Sequence record: PZ738962.1
Reading direction: 5' to 3' (one strand)
Length of the DNA stretch: 64,000 nt
Source: a phage
Shown here: in pieces, positions 34,973 through 45,268 of the stretch
How positions within the stretch are numbered: the stretch's first letter is position 1
Layout: every line of letters starts with the position of its first letter
Translations under genes and position numbers: made by a program
The notes under the pieces: generated by a model
Told to the model about the DNA's origin: nothing
Databases searched by the model: none
What the model saw: the letters and a program-made list of their open reading frames with translations, nothing else

Positions 34973-36043
34973 TTATGCTAACATATCTTCGATTTCTTTG
35001 TCAACTGCTTCGTCGCTGATCACTTGCCCCAGCTTATAATGATCGTTGATTGCTTCGTTAAACTTATCGTTTGTCAGAAGTGGTTTCCAGAACTCAATGC
35101 TATTGGTTTCTTTAGCACGGAACTTGCGTTCTTCGGTTTCCATCTCTCCGGTCTCAGTATTCAGGATTGAACGAGAATACCAGCCGTTTGACGGTTTCAC
35201 TACCCAGCCTAACTCTACAGCCAACTCCAGCAAACCGGAATAAGGATCGATACCACCGCTAAATGTTACGCTAATCGGGAACTTAGATTTTTCTTTAACG
35301 GTTCGCGATTTTTCCGCATTCAGGATAAAATCATAACCAGTAATTTCGGTTCCTTCTTTCTGCTGACGACGACCAATAATGAAAACTTCATTGGCTGAAT
35401 ACATCGCGCCAGTACCGCCGGACATAACGGTCTTACTAAACATTTCTTGCGTTTCGTAAGTGTGGTTAATAGCGATGCACGGGATATCATTCATAGTCAG
35501 ATACGGCGTAACCATACGGAACAAGCCTTTAAGTGCTTTAGCTCGCGTCATATCCTGTGCGGATTTCTCATTAATCGCGTCTTCAACTTCTTTTTTACTT
35601 GCTAAGTTACCGATTGAGTCAATAAAGATGATCACTTTATCTTCGCGGGTAATTTGCTCAAGCTGGTTCATGATTTCAAATTTAAGTTCTTCGATGTTCT
35701 TGATTGGAACATGCACCACGCGATCAGGATCTACACCCATAGATTCAAGATAAGCGGATGTAATACCGAACTCAGAATCAAAGAACAAACACGCCGCATC
35801 AGGATTCTGTTTCATGTATGCACTAACGCAAGTTAATCCCATGTTTGATTTAAAGTGCTTAGACGGACCAGCAAAGAAAATCAGACCAGATTGAAAGCCT
35901 TTTTTAAGATCACCTGAAAACGCAATATTCAGCATCGGGATCTTAGTGCGAGTATTTGTTTTTTCGTTAAAGAAGCTGGATTTAGACAGTACCGCAGTAG
36001 TTTTCAGGGTAGAGTTCTTTTTCAGTTTTTCCAGTACAGACAT
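34973..36043 (-). CDS. uvsX: UvsX recombinase (RecA-like)
   Basis: 356 aa; RecA-fold motifs (FFAGPSKHFKS Walker A-like region, IFIDSIGNL Walker B-like); synteny. Confidence 0.9.
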   Translation of the reverse strand: MSVLEKLKKNSTLKTTAVLSKSSFFNEKTNTRTKIPMLNIAFSGDLKKGFQSGLIFFAGPSKHFKSNMGLTCVSAYMKQNPDAACLFFDSEFGITSAYLESMGVDPDRVVHVPIKNIEELKFEIMNQLEQITREDKVIIFIDSIGNLASKKEVEDAINEKSAQDMTRAKALKGLFRMVTPYLTMNDIPCIAINHTYETQEMFSKTVMSGGTGAMYSANEVFIIGRRQQKEGTEITGYDFILNAEKSRTVKEKSKFPISVTFSGGIDPYSGLLELAVELGWVVKPSNGWYSRSILNTETGEMETEERKFRAKETNSIEFWKPLLTNDKFNEAINDHYKLGQVISDEAVDKEIEDMLA

Positions 36044-36054
36044 TATTAATACCT

Positions 36055-36243
36055 CTATTCAGTTAATCCGTAATACTTTAATTGCTTCATTGTTATTCGA
36101 TCTTTGTATTGCTCTTGAATTAACCGTTTCATCGCATCAACATCGATCGTCACAAATACTTCGTTGCTGTGATTTCCGTGAACTTTCTTGAAATGCTCTA
36201 TGCCTTCCTCTCGTTCACGTTTAATCTTTTCAATGTCTCTCAT
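36055..36243 (-). CDS. hypothetical small protein (62 aa from ATG)
   Basis: ATG at 36243; track start at 36282 is GTG inside a hairpin. Confidence 0.4.
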   Translation of the reverse strand: MRDIEKIKREREEGIEHFKKVHGNHSNEVFVTIDVDAMKRLIQEQYKDRITMKQLKYYGLTE

Positions 36244-36304
36244 AGTATATTTCTCACATTGGCGGGTATCGTCACCCAACACCCGCCATTATACACACTT
36301 TATC

Positions 36305-38983
36305 TTAAATGTCAAACAGGTCAGTCAGAGAAGCAACTTTTTCATATTGCAGTTTTGCAGCCGTGGTAATGTTCTCTAGTGGTTTGACGAAAGTCTTATT
36401 AAACAACAAAGGCCAGTCTAACCACTTTAACACCTCTGATTCAATTTCTGGAGGAATACGAGTACCAGACAACCAACCAAAACAGATTTCTCCAAACGGA
36501 TTTCGGTCTTTAAGCGGTACAATCATAACCTTCTCGCCTTCACGAATCGGATCTAGTCCGAATTTTCGAGCATTACGATTATAACACAATACACTCTTAA
36601 CCGCATACGGACAACCCTTAATCGGATACCCGTTTGAATCGCTGTATTTCTGTAGGTTGTTTGCCGATGATACCGCAGCAACCTCAAGATAGTCAAGTTT
36701 TCTAAACTCTTGCTCAAAAATACCGTAGTATTCCTGCAATGACTCTTCCCCTTCCTGCAACATACGGCGAATACATTCTTTCAGTGATTTCTGACATGCT
36801 TTAGGGGTGGAGCTACGTTGCGTTTCCAAGCCCATGATTTTTAGCTTAGGTTCAGCAAAGCGCGTTCCTTCCATATCCCAAACATTAAGAGCATAACGCT
36901 TTTTGCCAGTCCAGAATCCACCGATACCCGCAGATTTCAACGGAGGACCAGCAATTGCCTCACGGTCCATAAACATCAAGTGCTCATAGTTATTCATGTA
37001 CTCGCATAACTCGCGATATCCCTTGTCGATAATAGGTTCCATTCGATGTTTACCGAAATTATCAAGGAAGTCAACAAGTTTTTCGGTATCGTCGAAACGG
37101 TCTTCCCCGCCAACCTTATCAACAACATTGTTAACCAGCACATAAACGGAGTCAGTATCACAATAACGAACATATGCAAAATCAGTTGTTCCGCAAAGCT
37201 CGTTTAAGTATTCGTTAATCTTACGCTCAATCCACTGAATTGCAAGCTGACCAAACAGTGTGATCGCACTAGCGTTACGGAGATCATAAAATCGGAATTT
37301 AGGATTCCCCAACGCACCATAAAGGGAGTTGATCAAAACTTTTCGAGAAAGCTGGTTTGTATTGCACAAGATCGACTCGTCTTTACATTCTTCCAGCAAT
37401 TTCTCTAAGGCATCTTTACTTAATTCAGAAAGCATCGATTTAAACGCTTCATCGAAGTCGTGACGCACTTCAACGCTATAGCTAATGGTTCCCCCATAAA
37501 CATGATTTTCATCGTGCAGAATCGCTTTACAGAGTTCAGCATTGCGATCACATGCCAGCATCATATTTTTGTACTGCTTACGCTGATCAAATACCTTTTT
37601 AATCTCAATAGGTACGATACCATGAATATCTTTTCGATACATCCACCCGTTAGGCGAGCAAGAATACTCATCACTAGGACGTGGTGCAGTTTTATTGATA
37701 TACTCGTGCATCGGTGCAGCATCAAAAGATCCAGCGATTGTTTCAGGAGAAATATTAACCTGTCGAATAATAGATGGGTACAGACTTGTTAAGTCAAAGC
37801 TCATCATCCAACGGTAAGCATTCGGCACAGGTTCTTTTACGAATGCTCCTGGATACGTCTGCTTAGGCTGTATCTTGTTCTCTGGTACTACTTTACCCTC
37901 TGCTTTCAGAGATCCGAAGATAATAGCATCCCATACTTTCATCGGGTTATAAACATGGTTAAATTTAATCTTTGCATAGAAACATAGACTATACACAAGA
38001 TCGATAAATCCACGCTTTTTATCAATCGCCAGAACACGATCAACGTCGCCGATGTTATAATCGATGTAAAGTTGATGGTTGTCATCACGCAATTTCTTTA
38101 ACGGACCATCATAATCAACCTTACCGATTCCTGTCTCATATTCAGCAACATAATCTAACGCATATGTTGGTTGAGTCGTAAAGCTAAATTTCTTGTATAG
38201 GTCAATATAATCAAGGCTTTCGATCCCCATGATCGTAAATGCTTCACGCTCGTTGCCAAAATCATCCTGTGAGATTCGGGATTTAATCTTACCGCACGGG
38301 CTTAGACGGTTAGCGGTTCTACTTCCGAACTTATTACTGATACGTTTAATGATATATGGAATATCGAATGTTTCTGTGTTCCAGCCAGTGAAACCAACGG
38401 GTCGGTTTTCCTCAAAGAATCGGATGTATTCTAACAGCAATTCATCTTCTGTGTCATAGACGTTATAAACAACGCGATCTACAATATCAGGTCGAAGAAT
38501 AGACTTGCTAGATTCCCAGATTTCACCGTTTTTTCCTTTCAAATCAAATACAAAGAAACGATCATGTACGGAATCATAATGCGTAATTGCATCGATAGGA
38601 TATTTCGCTTCTTCTGGTTTAGGAAATTCTGGGGCAGTGACCTCGATATCAACCCATGCTACACGGATTTTATTTCGGTCATATCGAATCTCGCCTTTAT
38701 ACGTATCAGACAGATAGGAGATGATAAAATCATCCATCCCTAGCGCCTCTTGCCCCATTTCTCCCATCTTTTTACGCCATTTGTTGGCCTCGTTCATAGA
38801 GGGGAATTTTTTAGCAATGCAAGGTTTGCCATAGATATCTTTATAATTCGTAACCATACCAGGCGCGGCATGATGAAATAAAGTTGGCGTATATTCAACG
38901 TAACGCTCTTGTTCTTGTCCAGCATCATCAATATAACGCTCGTAGATCTTATCACCCACTCGCTCACATGACAGAAAATACAT
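36305..38983 (-). CDS. 43: DNA polymerase gp43 (family B)
   Basis: long collinear similarity to T4 gp43 as recalled (exo motifs, SLYPSIIRQ, YCDTDS); start at ATG 38983 with GTGAAGGAG upstream. Confidence 0.95.
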   Translation of the reverse strand: MYFLSCERVGDKIYERYIDDAGQEQERYVEYTPTLFHHAAPGMVTNYKDIYGKPCIAKKFPSMNEANKWRKKMGEMGQEALGMDDFIISYLSDTYKGEIRYDRNKIRVAWVDIEVTAPEFPKPEEAKYPIDAITHYDSVHDRFFVFDLKGKNGEIWESSKSILRPDIVDRVVYNVYDTEDELLLEYIRFFEENRPVGFTGWNTETFDIPYIIKRISNKFGSRTANRLSPCGKIKSRISQDDFGNEREAFTIMGIESLDYIDLYKKFSFTTQPTYALDYVAEYETGIGKVDYDGPLKKLRDDNHQLYIDYNIGDVDRVLAIDKKRGFIDLVYSLCFYAKIKFNHVYNPMKVWDAIIFGSLKAEGKVVPENKIQPKQTYPGAFVKEPVPNAYRWMMSFDLTSLYPSIIRQVNISPETIAGSFDAAPMHEYINKTAPRPSDEYSCSPNGWMYRKDIHGIVPIEIKKVFDQRKQYKNMMLACDRNAELCKAILHDENHVYGGTISYSVEVRHDFDEAFKSMLSELSKDALEKLLEECKDESILCNTNQLSRKVLINSLYGALGNPKFRFYDLRNASAITLFGQLAIQWIERKINEYLNELCGTTDFAYVRYCDTDSVYVLVNNVVDKVGGEDRFDDTEKLVDFLDNFGKHRMEPIIDKGYRELCEYMNNYEHLMFMDREAIAGPPLKSAGIGGFWTGKKRYALNVWDMEGTRFAEPKLKIMGLETQRSSTPKACQKSLKECIRRMLQEGEESLQEYYGIFEQEFRKLDYLEVAAVSSANNLQKYSDSNGYPIKGCPYAVKSVLCYNRNARKFGLDPIREGEKVMIVPLKDRNPFGEICFGWLSGTRIPPEIESEVLKWLDWPLLFNKTFVKPLENITTAAKLQYEKVASLTDLFDI

Positions 38984-39015
38984 AATATAAACTCCTTCAC
39001 TTACGAAAGACACTC

Positions 39016-39044
39016 ATTATAGGGGAATCGACTTAGTTTGTCAA
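39016..39044 (-). promoter_or_regulatory. consensus sigma70-type promoter for gene 43 (TTGACA-N17-TATAAT)
   Basis: perfect -35 and -10 hexamers with 17-bp spacer, about 30 nt upstream of the gene 43 ATG. Confidence 0.65.
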
Positions 39045-39065
39045 TACCCCTATCCCATCAGTATC

Positions 39066-39428
39066 TTATCGCCCGATCTGATATTTCTCGATCAGCGTCC
39101 ACTCTTCTTTCTGTTTGAAAGACAGTACACGGAAATTATTAACTTCGGTAGTTTCAAAATCACTATCAATCAGGGTACACAGATTCCACTGCGCAAGAAG
39201 TTTTGCAATGTTATTACGGCGTAATTCATCTTCCCACGTCATTTTAACACTACGACCATCTAATTTCAACAACTCCTTGAAATGAACGATGTAATAGCGC
39301 CCTTTCTTCTGGAGAATATGACAAGACTGATACAGTGTCTTGTCACGATTGTTGGCAATGCCGCAGCGGGTTAAAGTTTCCTTAATTTTAAGGAAGTTTT
39401 CAGGACTAATCAAATTAATTTCAATCAT
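39066..39428 (-). CDS. regA: translational repressor RegA
   Basis: 120 aa; near-collinear with T4 RegA as recalled (KETLTRxGIANNxDKxLYQSCHILQKKG, NNFRVxSFKQK). Confidence 0.9.
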   Translation of the reverse strand: MIEINLISPENFLKIKETLTRCGIANNRDKTLYQSCHILQKKGRYYIVHFKELLKLDGRSVKMTWEDELRRNNIAKLLAQWNLCTLIDSDFETTEVNNFRVLSFKQKEEWTLIEKYQIGR

Positions 39429-39429
39429 T

Positions 39430-40008
39430 TTACCACCTTTCTATAATCTTTTTAAGTCGTTTCCTTTCTGTCTGATTCTTAGTAACACCCGCCAAAAGTT
39501 CATCGGTCGCATACGGTTTAATGTGCTTCAATAACTTGTCCATATATCCCTTTTCATTAGCCAAATCGAGATAAAACCGGGCGTCATCCATATTTACACA
39601 ATATGCTTTCGCCACTGCCATTAAAACCAATTTTTGGTCCAATTCTTCTGTTAGTTTAGCCCATTTACCGTATCGTTTCCCCTTAGAAATACTCTGTAAG
39701 AGATAATCAAAATGCATTTGATCTGGGAGGCCATGACCGATTAAATTCATCACATACGCGCTATATAGGCAATCTGCGTGCTGGGAAAGAGCGGTGTTAA
39801 TCCATCTCTGGTTATATGCAGAATTGTTTCCCACATTAACGCGCTGTTTATCTAAGGTGATATGATCCATCAGAGCAAATAATGCATTGTCGGTTTTCTC
39901 GGTGAATGTATCCGCTAATTCAGACACCTTTTCCCAATCACGAGAGCGCCATGCAATTTCATGCTCGTTTAATTGTGTATCATCTTCACCGAAAAATTGA
40001 CCTAACAT
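39430..40008 (-). CDS. 62: clamp loader small subunit gp62
   Basis: 192 aa; similarity to T4 gp62 as recalled (QLNEHxxAW, KRYGKWAKL); synteny regA-62-44-45. Confidence 0.85.
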   Translation of the reverse strand: MLGQFFGEDDTQLNEHEIAWRSRDWEKVSELADTFTEKTDNALFALMDHITLDKQRVNVGNNSAYNQRWINTALSQHADCLYSAYVMNLIGHGLPDQMHFDYLLQSISKGKRYGKWAKLTEELDQKLVLMAVAKAYCVNMDDARFYLDLANEKGYMDKLLKHIKPYATDELLAGVTKNQTERKRLKKIIERW

Positions 40009-40982
40009 TATACGAACTCCAATTCAACCATTAATTGCATTAACAAAAAGACAATGTGAATCTCTTTATCAGCCGCGTGTGCAAACATCTGATTATTTTC
40101 ACCGATAATCTCGGTCAGACGAATAATCGACGCTGGCTTAACTTGAGTATACAACTCATTATAAAGTTTCTTGACAAATTGAGCGTATGTATTGGTATAT
40201 CGCGGTGCAAGTTTACGCACATTAGCAAACTGTTTAGTTTTAAGTGCTTCCACCACATCGGTTACTTCGGTATTGCTACTTTCGATAACCATGCTCAATA
40301 CGCCAGCATCAATTTTACCATGTTTAGCGTAGCGGTCCAAAAGTTTCATTACGCGTCGGAAGTCTGGGAAGTTCTGTTTAACCAGTTCCGCTAATACGCG
40401 CATTTCTTCTACTGGCACACCTTCTTTATCAAGAATTGCTTTACACCGGACGATCATTTCTTTCATCATGCGAAGCTGATCATCTTTAGTCGGAGATCCA
40501 AACGTGATTGGATCAAATCGAGATCGTAACGCTGGGATAATACCTTCTAGATCGTTTGCTGTGATAATGAATGTCACGTTGTTTGAGTATGCCTCAGAGA
40601 AACTACGCAAGTGTCTTTGAGCATCAGCTAGCCCCGCTCGGTCATACTCATCGATAATAACAACTTTGCCTTTTTCTCGTTTTTCTTCATCGAGTGATAC
40701 ACTCTGCGCAAAGCGTGTAATCTCATCTCGGATAAAATCAATCTTACAATCTGCGCCGTTAACAAACAGATAATCAACACCCACATCTTCGCAAAGCGCC
40801 TTAGCAACGGTTGTTTTACCAGTACCCGGCGATGGGCTATGCAGAATCATTGACGGGATTCGGCCTTGCTTAACAATCTGCGCGAAGATCTTTTTATCTG
40901 CTTCCGGCAGAATACATTCAGAAATTGATTTCGGACGGTATTTCTGTTCCCACTGAAACTCATTTTCATTAACACTCAGCAT
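40008..40982 (-). CDS. 44: clamp loader large subunit gp44 (AAA+)
   Basis: similarity to T4 gp44 as recalled (EQKYRP, HSPSPGTGKTTVAKALC, IIDEYDR); start at ATG 40982. Confidence 0.9.
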   Translation of the reverse strand: MLSVNENEFQWEQKYRPKSISECILPEADKKIFAQIVKQGRIPSMILHSPSPGTGKTTVAKALCEDVGVDYLFVNGADCKIDFIRDEITRFAQSVSLDEEKREKGKVVIIDEYDRAGLADAQRHLRSFSEAYSNNVTFIITANDLEGIIPALRSRFDPITFGSPTKDDQLRMMKEMIVRCKAILDKEGVPVEEMRVLAELVKQNFPDFRRVMKLLDRYAKHGKIDAGVLSMVIESSNTEVTDVVEALKTKQFANVRKLAPRYTNTYAQFVKKLYNELYTQVKPASIIRLTEIIGENNQMFAHAADKEIHIVFLLMQLMVELEFV

Positions 40983-41048
40983 ATAATCACCTCTCACAAA
41001 TTACATCATTAAAACGGGGAGTATTTTATACTCCCCACAAACATTATA

Positions 41049-41735
41049 TTAGTCGGTGTAGCTGGAGTCAAGGTCACACGCGATCATATAAGATACGGTT
41101 TCACTTGCCAGCCATACAGCCTTACGGCGAGTGAAGCTCAGTTTGTAATCGCCGAAGTCAGTAGCAACCAGTTTCATGTTATCTTTACGAATAAAGAAAT
41201 GGAAGTCTGCGGTTCCGGTATATTCGCCCATATCAAGACAAAACATCTCATTAGGATTATTTTTGTCAATCTCTTCCCAACCTTTGATCATCAGACGACC
41301 ATCAATCGGAAGAAATTCAAGGCGATCCACTTTAAGCTGATTGCTCATTTTCATAAGCTGTTTCAGATCGTCGTTGCTCAGTTCGTAATCTACATCGCTT
41401 GCAGGTGGAGTAACTCGGCCTTTCGGTGATACGATAGCAGCAGCACTAGCACCAGGGTAATTAATTTTCAGACGATCATTAGACACACGAATGTTACCAG
41501 TGCGGTCATCAACCGTAATATCTGCTTCATCGCCTACCAGATTCAGAATACCCAAGAAAGAGTTAAGATCATAGATCCCAATTTCGTGTTCCAGTTCTTG
41601 ATTCAGAGTCGCTTCACCATATACAACGTTTGTCATGTTTTTGGTGATCAGGACGTTTCCTTTTTTCAGGATGATACCTGGGTTAATAGCGGAAAAGTTT
41701 TTCAGGGTAGCAATGGTTTCTTTAGTCAGTTTCAT
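41049..41735 (-). CDS. 45: sliding clamp gp45
   Basis: 228 aa; N-terminus MKLTKETIATLKNF matches T4 gp45 as recalled; start at ATG 41735. Confidence 0.9.
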   Translation of the reverse strand: MKLTKETIATLKNFSAINPGIILKKGNVLITKNMTNVVYGEATLNQELEHEIGIYDLNSFLGILNLVGDEADITVDDRTGNIRVSNDRLKINYPGASAAAIVSPKGRVTPPASDVDYELSNDDLKQLMKMSNQLKVDRLEFLPIDGRLMIKGWEEIDKNNPNEMFCLDMGEYTGTADFHFFIRKDNMKLVATDFGDYKLSFTRRKAVWLASETVSYMIACDLDSSYTD

Positions 41736-41765
41736 CAAATCACCTTTATCATGTTAATCAATTAA

Positions 41766-42143
41766 TTACGGGTTTACTTCGTGTTCGTTACGAATCTTGA
41801 GCATTTTGTTTTGGAAGTTTTCCGCAGCTTTCTCATCAATAGTATGAGTATATCTGAATCCAATATATGCTGTCAAGTATTGTTGCAGAGCATAGACAGT
41901 AACAGGATTCTTTGCGGTCTTCTTGCCTTCGAGATATACCAGATCCCCGCAAGGTTCAAACGCAAGTTTACGACGAATCACATTATCAACAAACTCATCA
42001 ACAACAAAATGCCAAATGTTGCTATCGGTTCCAATATCAAAATTAACCACACTGCCACGTTTGACATAATCAAACGGTATCGGGAATAGTTTATAGTCAA
42101 GTTCGATAAACATTAATTGTTCTTTTAAGCTCATACGTTTCAT
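41766..42143 (-). CDS. hypothetical protein (125 aa from ATG), rpbA position
   Basis: ATG at 42143 with GGGAAG upstream; occupies T4 rpbA position but identity not verified. Confidence 0.45.
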   Translation of the reverse strand: MKRMSLKEQLMFIELDYKLFPIPFDYVKRGSVVNFDIGTDSNIWHFVVDEFVDNVIRRKLAFEPCGDLVYLEGKKTAKNPVTVYALQQYLTAYIGFRYTHTIDEKAAENFQNKMLKIRNEHEVNP

Positions 42144-42147
42144 TCTA

Positions 42148-42525
42148 TCACTTCCCATCAGCAATTGCGATCAGACGAGTTACTACTACGCTAGCGGCTT
42201 CAATCAGCAGTTCATCAGTGTCAATCTGATAACCCTTTTCGAGAATATCTTTACCTCGAATAGTTTTAGCGCCTTTAGCAATAGAATCATTGTAATACTT
42301 GCGCATTGCCGCGATCCATTCTTTTTGCACCATATCATCAATATGAGCGTACAGTTCAAAACGTGCTTGCTGCGGGATAACCTTCATTTTAGCTTTCTCG
42401 CTTTCCGGCATTTGCAGTACCCACGCTTTACGGATCTTGTTCATTGCTCGGTCAAATTCGAGGCTGGTTTTCTTGTTCTGAATGTCTGCTACAGTAATTT
42501 TAGCCAGGTTTGCGGAAGTAGTCAT
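42148..42525 (-). CDS. hypothetical protein (125 aa from ATG)
   Basis: ATG at 42525 with GGAGATTAATATT upstream. Confidence 0.5.
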   Translation of the reverse strand: MTTSANLAKITVADIQNKKTSLEFDRAMNKIRKAWVLQMPESEKAKMKVIPQQARFELYAHIDDMVQKEWIAAMRKYYNDSIAKGAKTIRGKDILEKGYQIDTDELLIEAASVVVTRLIAIADGK

Positions 42526-42555
42526 AATATTAATCTCCAAAATAAAATCAGTATA

Positions 42556-42786
42556 TCACGTTCTAAAGTTTGTTGCAACCCCAGCATCAGGGTAATCAAG
42601 TTTATCAAAGTTTGGGACCAGCATAAACTCATGATGACGACAAGACAACATTTTTGTTATGTCTTCATCGCTGTATATGCTGTTTTTCATATCCCCCATA
42701 CTAACTACATATTCTTCACCGGAATATAGATTGATTAAGGTATACAATTCTAACTCCGGCTGCGTTACTCTGTCAAATGTTAACAT
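42556..42786 (-). CDS. hypothetical small protein (76 aa)
   Basis: ATG; stop overlaps gene 46 start region. Confidence 0.45.
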   Translation of the reverse strand: MLTFDRVTQPELELYTLINLYSGEEYVVSMGDMKNSIYSDEDITKMLSCRHHEFMLVPNFDKLDYPDAGVATNFRT

Positions 42787-44455
42787 TCATTTCAGTGAAT
42801 CGCCCACGTTTAACCATCTTGAGATGACGGCTAAAATCATCAGGGTTATGGTCACGATGGCTGATAATATACACGTTATCATCTAACTTGTCAATGATGG
42901 AATCAAGTGCTTTTACGCCTTGAACGTCCGTAGCCCCATCATAAATTTCGTCGAGTACCAACAAAGAAATGTTAGTACCAGATACTTTACCAGCAACATC
43001 ACGCCATGTAAAGAGCATCGCAAGGTCAATACGTGCTTTTTCGCCTTGACTGAACGATGTATACGAAAACGATTCACGCCCCCGTGATTTGATTGTTTCG
43101 TTAAACTCTTCATCTAGCGTAAAGATATAATCCGCTTCCATGATATCAAGATAATACGCAATCCGATCATTGAAATATGGAATATATTTCTTGACGATAG
43201 ACGCCTTAACACCGGAATCCTTCAACATTTCTGTTACAAATCCACGGTGATATTTTTCAAGAACTAGCTTTGATTTTTCATTAGTAATCTCTACCAGTTC
43301 GTGTTCCAGTTTAGCAAGTTCTTCGGAATTGTCAACCCTTTCTTTTTGTAATTCCTGAATTGCTTTCTGGATCTGTTTAGCCCGACCTACAGATGCCGTT
43401 AAATTCGCTCTCTGTGACTCTATAGCGCGTTTAATTTCCAAGACCTTAGTTTGTGCTGTCTGGAAAGAATTGGCTTTCTCTGCGTATTCTACGCGTTTCT
43501 CGTCAATAAGAGACAGTTTATGTTCGGCTTGTGCTTTTTGTTCGCGTACAGCCTGATCATTACCCTGAATGATCGGTTGTGTGCACGTAGGACAGATCCC
43601 GCCTTTCTCATGCATATGAATAACACGGTCAAAGTTCTGGATCTGCGCACCAATCTGAGCAATAGCAGTATTGATTTTAGTCAATGCCGCGCTAGGATCT
43701 TCCGGCATAACAACCGACAATAGCTCATCTGTCAAGCGTGTTTCTTCGGCTTTAAACGCTTTAGCTGATTCTACTTCTTTCTCGTACATATTCTGCAAAC
43801 GCTGTAGATTCTCGGCACTCGCCTTGCTAGCGTCTTCTATGTACTTTTTATGAGTGTTGATTTGTTGCTGAACGTGATTAGCTTTCATTTCCTGCATTTG
43901 GATATTCTGGGTAATCTCTCGCACATACGCTTTATTCAGTTTATCCATTTCGCCTAGCGTAGCAATATCAAGCAAATCCTCGACCAGTTTACGGCGACCC
44001 GCTGCCGGAAGACTCATAAACGGAACATAACCAGCAGTGCCTAAAACAACGATCTGTTTAAAGCTGGCTAGGTTCATGCCTATGATACCTTCAAAATATT
44101 CCTGAAAGTCTTTGGTGCTTGCGCTCTCGTCGATCTTTTGACCGTCGCGATGCACTTCGAATACTTCCGGTTTTTGACCACGTTTGATATAAAACTCTTT
44201 CCCGTCCAGTTCAAACCAGACTTCGACTAACAGTTTCTTTTTGTTGACGCTGTTAATCAATTGGCCTTTCTTGATACTACGAAACGGTTTACCGAACAAC
44301 ACAAAGCAAAGCGCCTCGATCATTGTTGATTTACCAGCACCGTTAACACCAGTGATTAGTGTCTTTTTGAATCCGTCTAGCTGAATCTCAACAGGTTCAG
44401 CACCCACGCTCATTATATTTTGATAGCGCAAGGTTTTAAAATTTAACTTTGCCAT
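42773..44455 (-). CDS. 46: recombination nuclease subunit gp46 (SbcC/Rad50-like ATPase)
   Basis: strong similarity to T4 gp46 as recalled (YxNIMSVG, LITGxNGxGKSTM, FSQGEKARID, LxLDE); start at ATG 44455 with GGAG upstream. Confidence 0.95.
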   Translation of the reverse strand: MAKLNFKTLRYQNIMSVGAEPVEIQLDGFKKTLITGVNGAGKSTMIEALCFVLFGKPFRSIKKGQLINSVNKKKLLVEVWFELDGKEFYIKRGQKPEVFEVHRDGQKIDESASTKDFQEYFEGIIGMNLASFKQIVVLGTAGYVPFMSLPAAGRRKLVEDLLDIATLGEMDKLNKAYVREITQNIQMQEMKANHVQQQINTHKKYIEDASKASAENLQRLQNMYEKEVESAKAFKAEETRLTDELLSVVMPEDPSAALTKINTAIAQIGAQIQNFDRVIHMHEKGGICPTCTQPIIQGNDQAVREQKAQAEHKLSLIDEKRVEYAEKANSFQTAQTKVLEIKRAIESQRANLTASVGRAKQIQKAIQELQKERVDNSEELAKLEHELVEITNEKSKLVLEKYHRGFVTEMLKDSGVKASIVKKYIPYFNDRIAYYLDIMEADYIFTLDEEFNETIKSRGRESFSYTSFSQGEKARIDLAMLFTWRDVAGKVSGTNISLLVLDEIYDGATDVQGVKALDSIIDKLDDNVYIISHRDHNPDDFSRHLKMVKRGRFTEMNVNI

Positions 44456-44699
44456 TAATCCACTCCGCAATCACACATTCCATAATATTAAATGCTAACA
44501 CATCTTCATCAATGTTGTAAACACTTGCCGCCTTCACTTTAACTAATGTGTCTCTGCGATCTGGCAACATGATCACATAATCCAGTGTCGCAGGATCATA
44601 TGTCATAAAGGGATCAACATAAATCCCTTTATTCAATGCCAGATATTCGCGAAGACCTTCTATAACCCTGTGTCTAAGGTAGGTCATCGATAGAATCAT
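44436..44699 (-). CDS. hypothetical protein (87 aa)
   Basis: ATG; overlaps gene 46 start by about 20 nt. Confidence 0.45.
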   Translation of the reverse strand: MILSMTYLRHRVIEGLREYLALNKGIYVDPFMTYDPATLDYVIMLPDRRDTLVKVKAASVYNIDEDVLAFNIMECVIAEWINGKVKF

Positions 44700-45268
44700 T
44701 TTAGTTTATGTTCCTCTAAAAATTCTTCAATTTCACCTTGCAGGTCTTCCGCTTGCTGTTCCAGAATATCGCGAAATTCACCTACAGTCAAGCGGTAATC
44801 ACATTTCACCAGTCGATGCGGGAGAATATACCCTTTATACATTGTCTCTGACGCTTCCAGGAATACCCCACTATGCATGACAGAGATCCAACCTGTTAAC
44901 GTCAATGGAGTATTCGGAAAATAATACTTGCTGGATTGTTTCCACTGTACGAAAGCACCATATACAATCGGATTATATTCACCAACCACACTCTTAATAA
45001 TGGATTCTACTTTGTCTTTTACAAAGTCGCCAATGTCCATAGTTACCATCAAATCCTGTGGATGAATCACTTTAAGGTAACGACGATAACCGTCATCATA
45101 CCACATCTTAACCACTGGCTGACCCCACATTTTAGCAATACGCGCTTTCAGATAGCCATAGATTGGATTCTTGTGATATGATTGTTTTATTGTGTATTTG
45201 TTCACCAATTCAATAAAATGTTCAATTACCAGCGAATCAGAATCAGCCGCGACCATAGTCGTATTCAT
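44696..45268 (-). CDS. hypothetical protein (190 aa from ATG at 45268; alternative ATG at 45292)
   Basis: ATG at 45268 has GAGGAACATATT upstream. Confidence 0.5.
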   Translation of the reverse strand: MNTTMVAADSDSLVIEHFIELVNKYTIKQSYHKNPIYGYLKARIAKMWGQPVVKMWYDDGYRRYLKVIHPQDLMVTMDIGDFVKDKVESIIKSVVGEYNPIVYGAFVQWKQSSKYYFPNTPLTLTGWISVMHSGVFLEASETMYKGYILPHRLVKCDYRLTVGEFRDILEQQAEDLQGEIEEFLEEHKLK

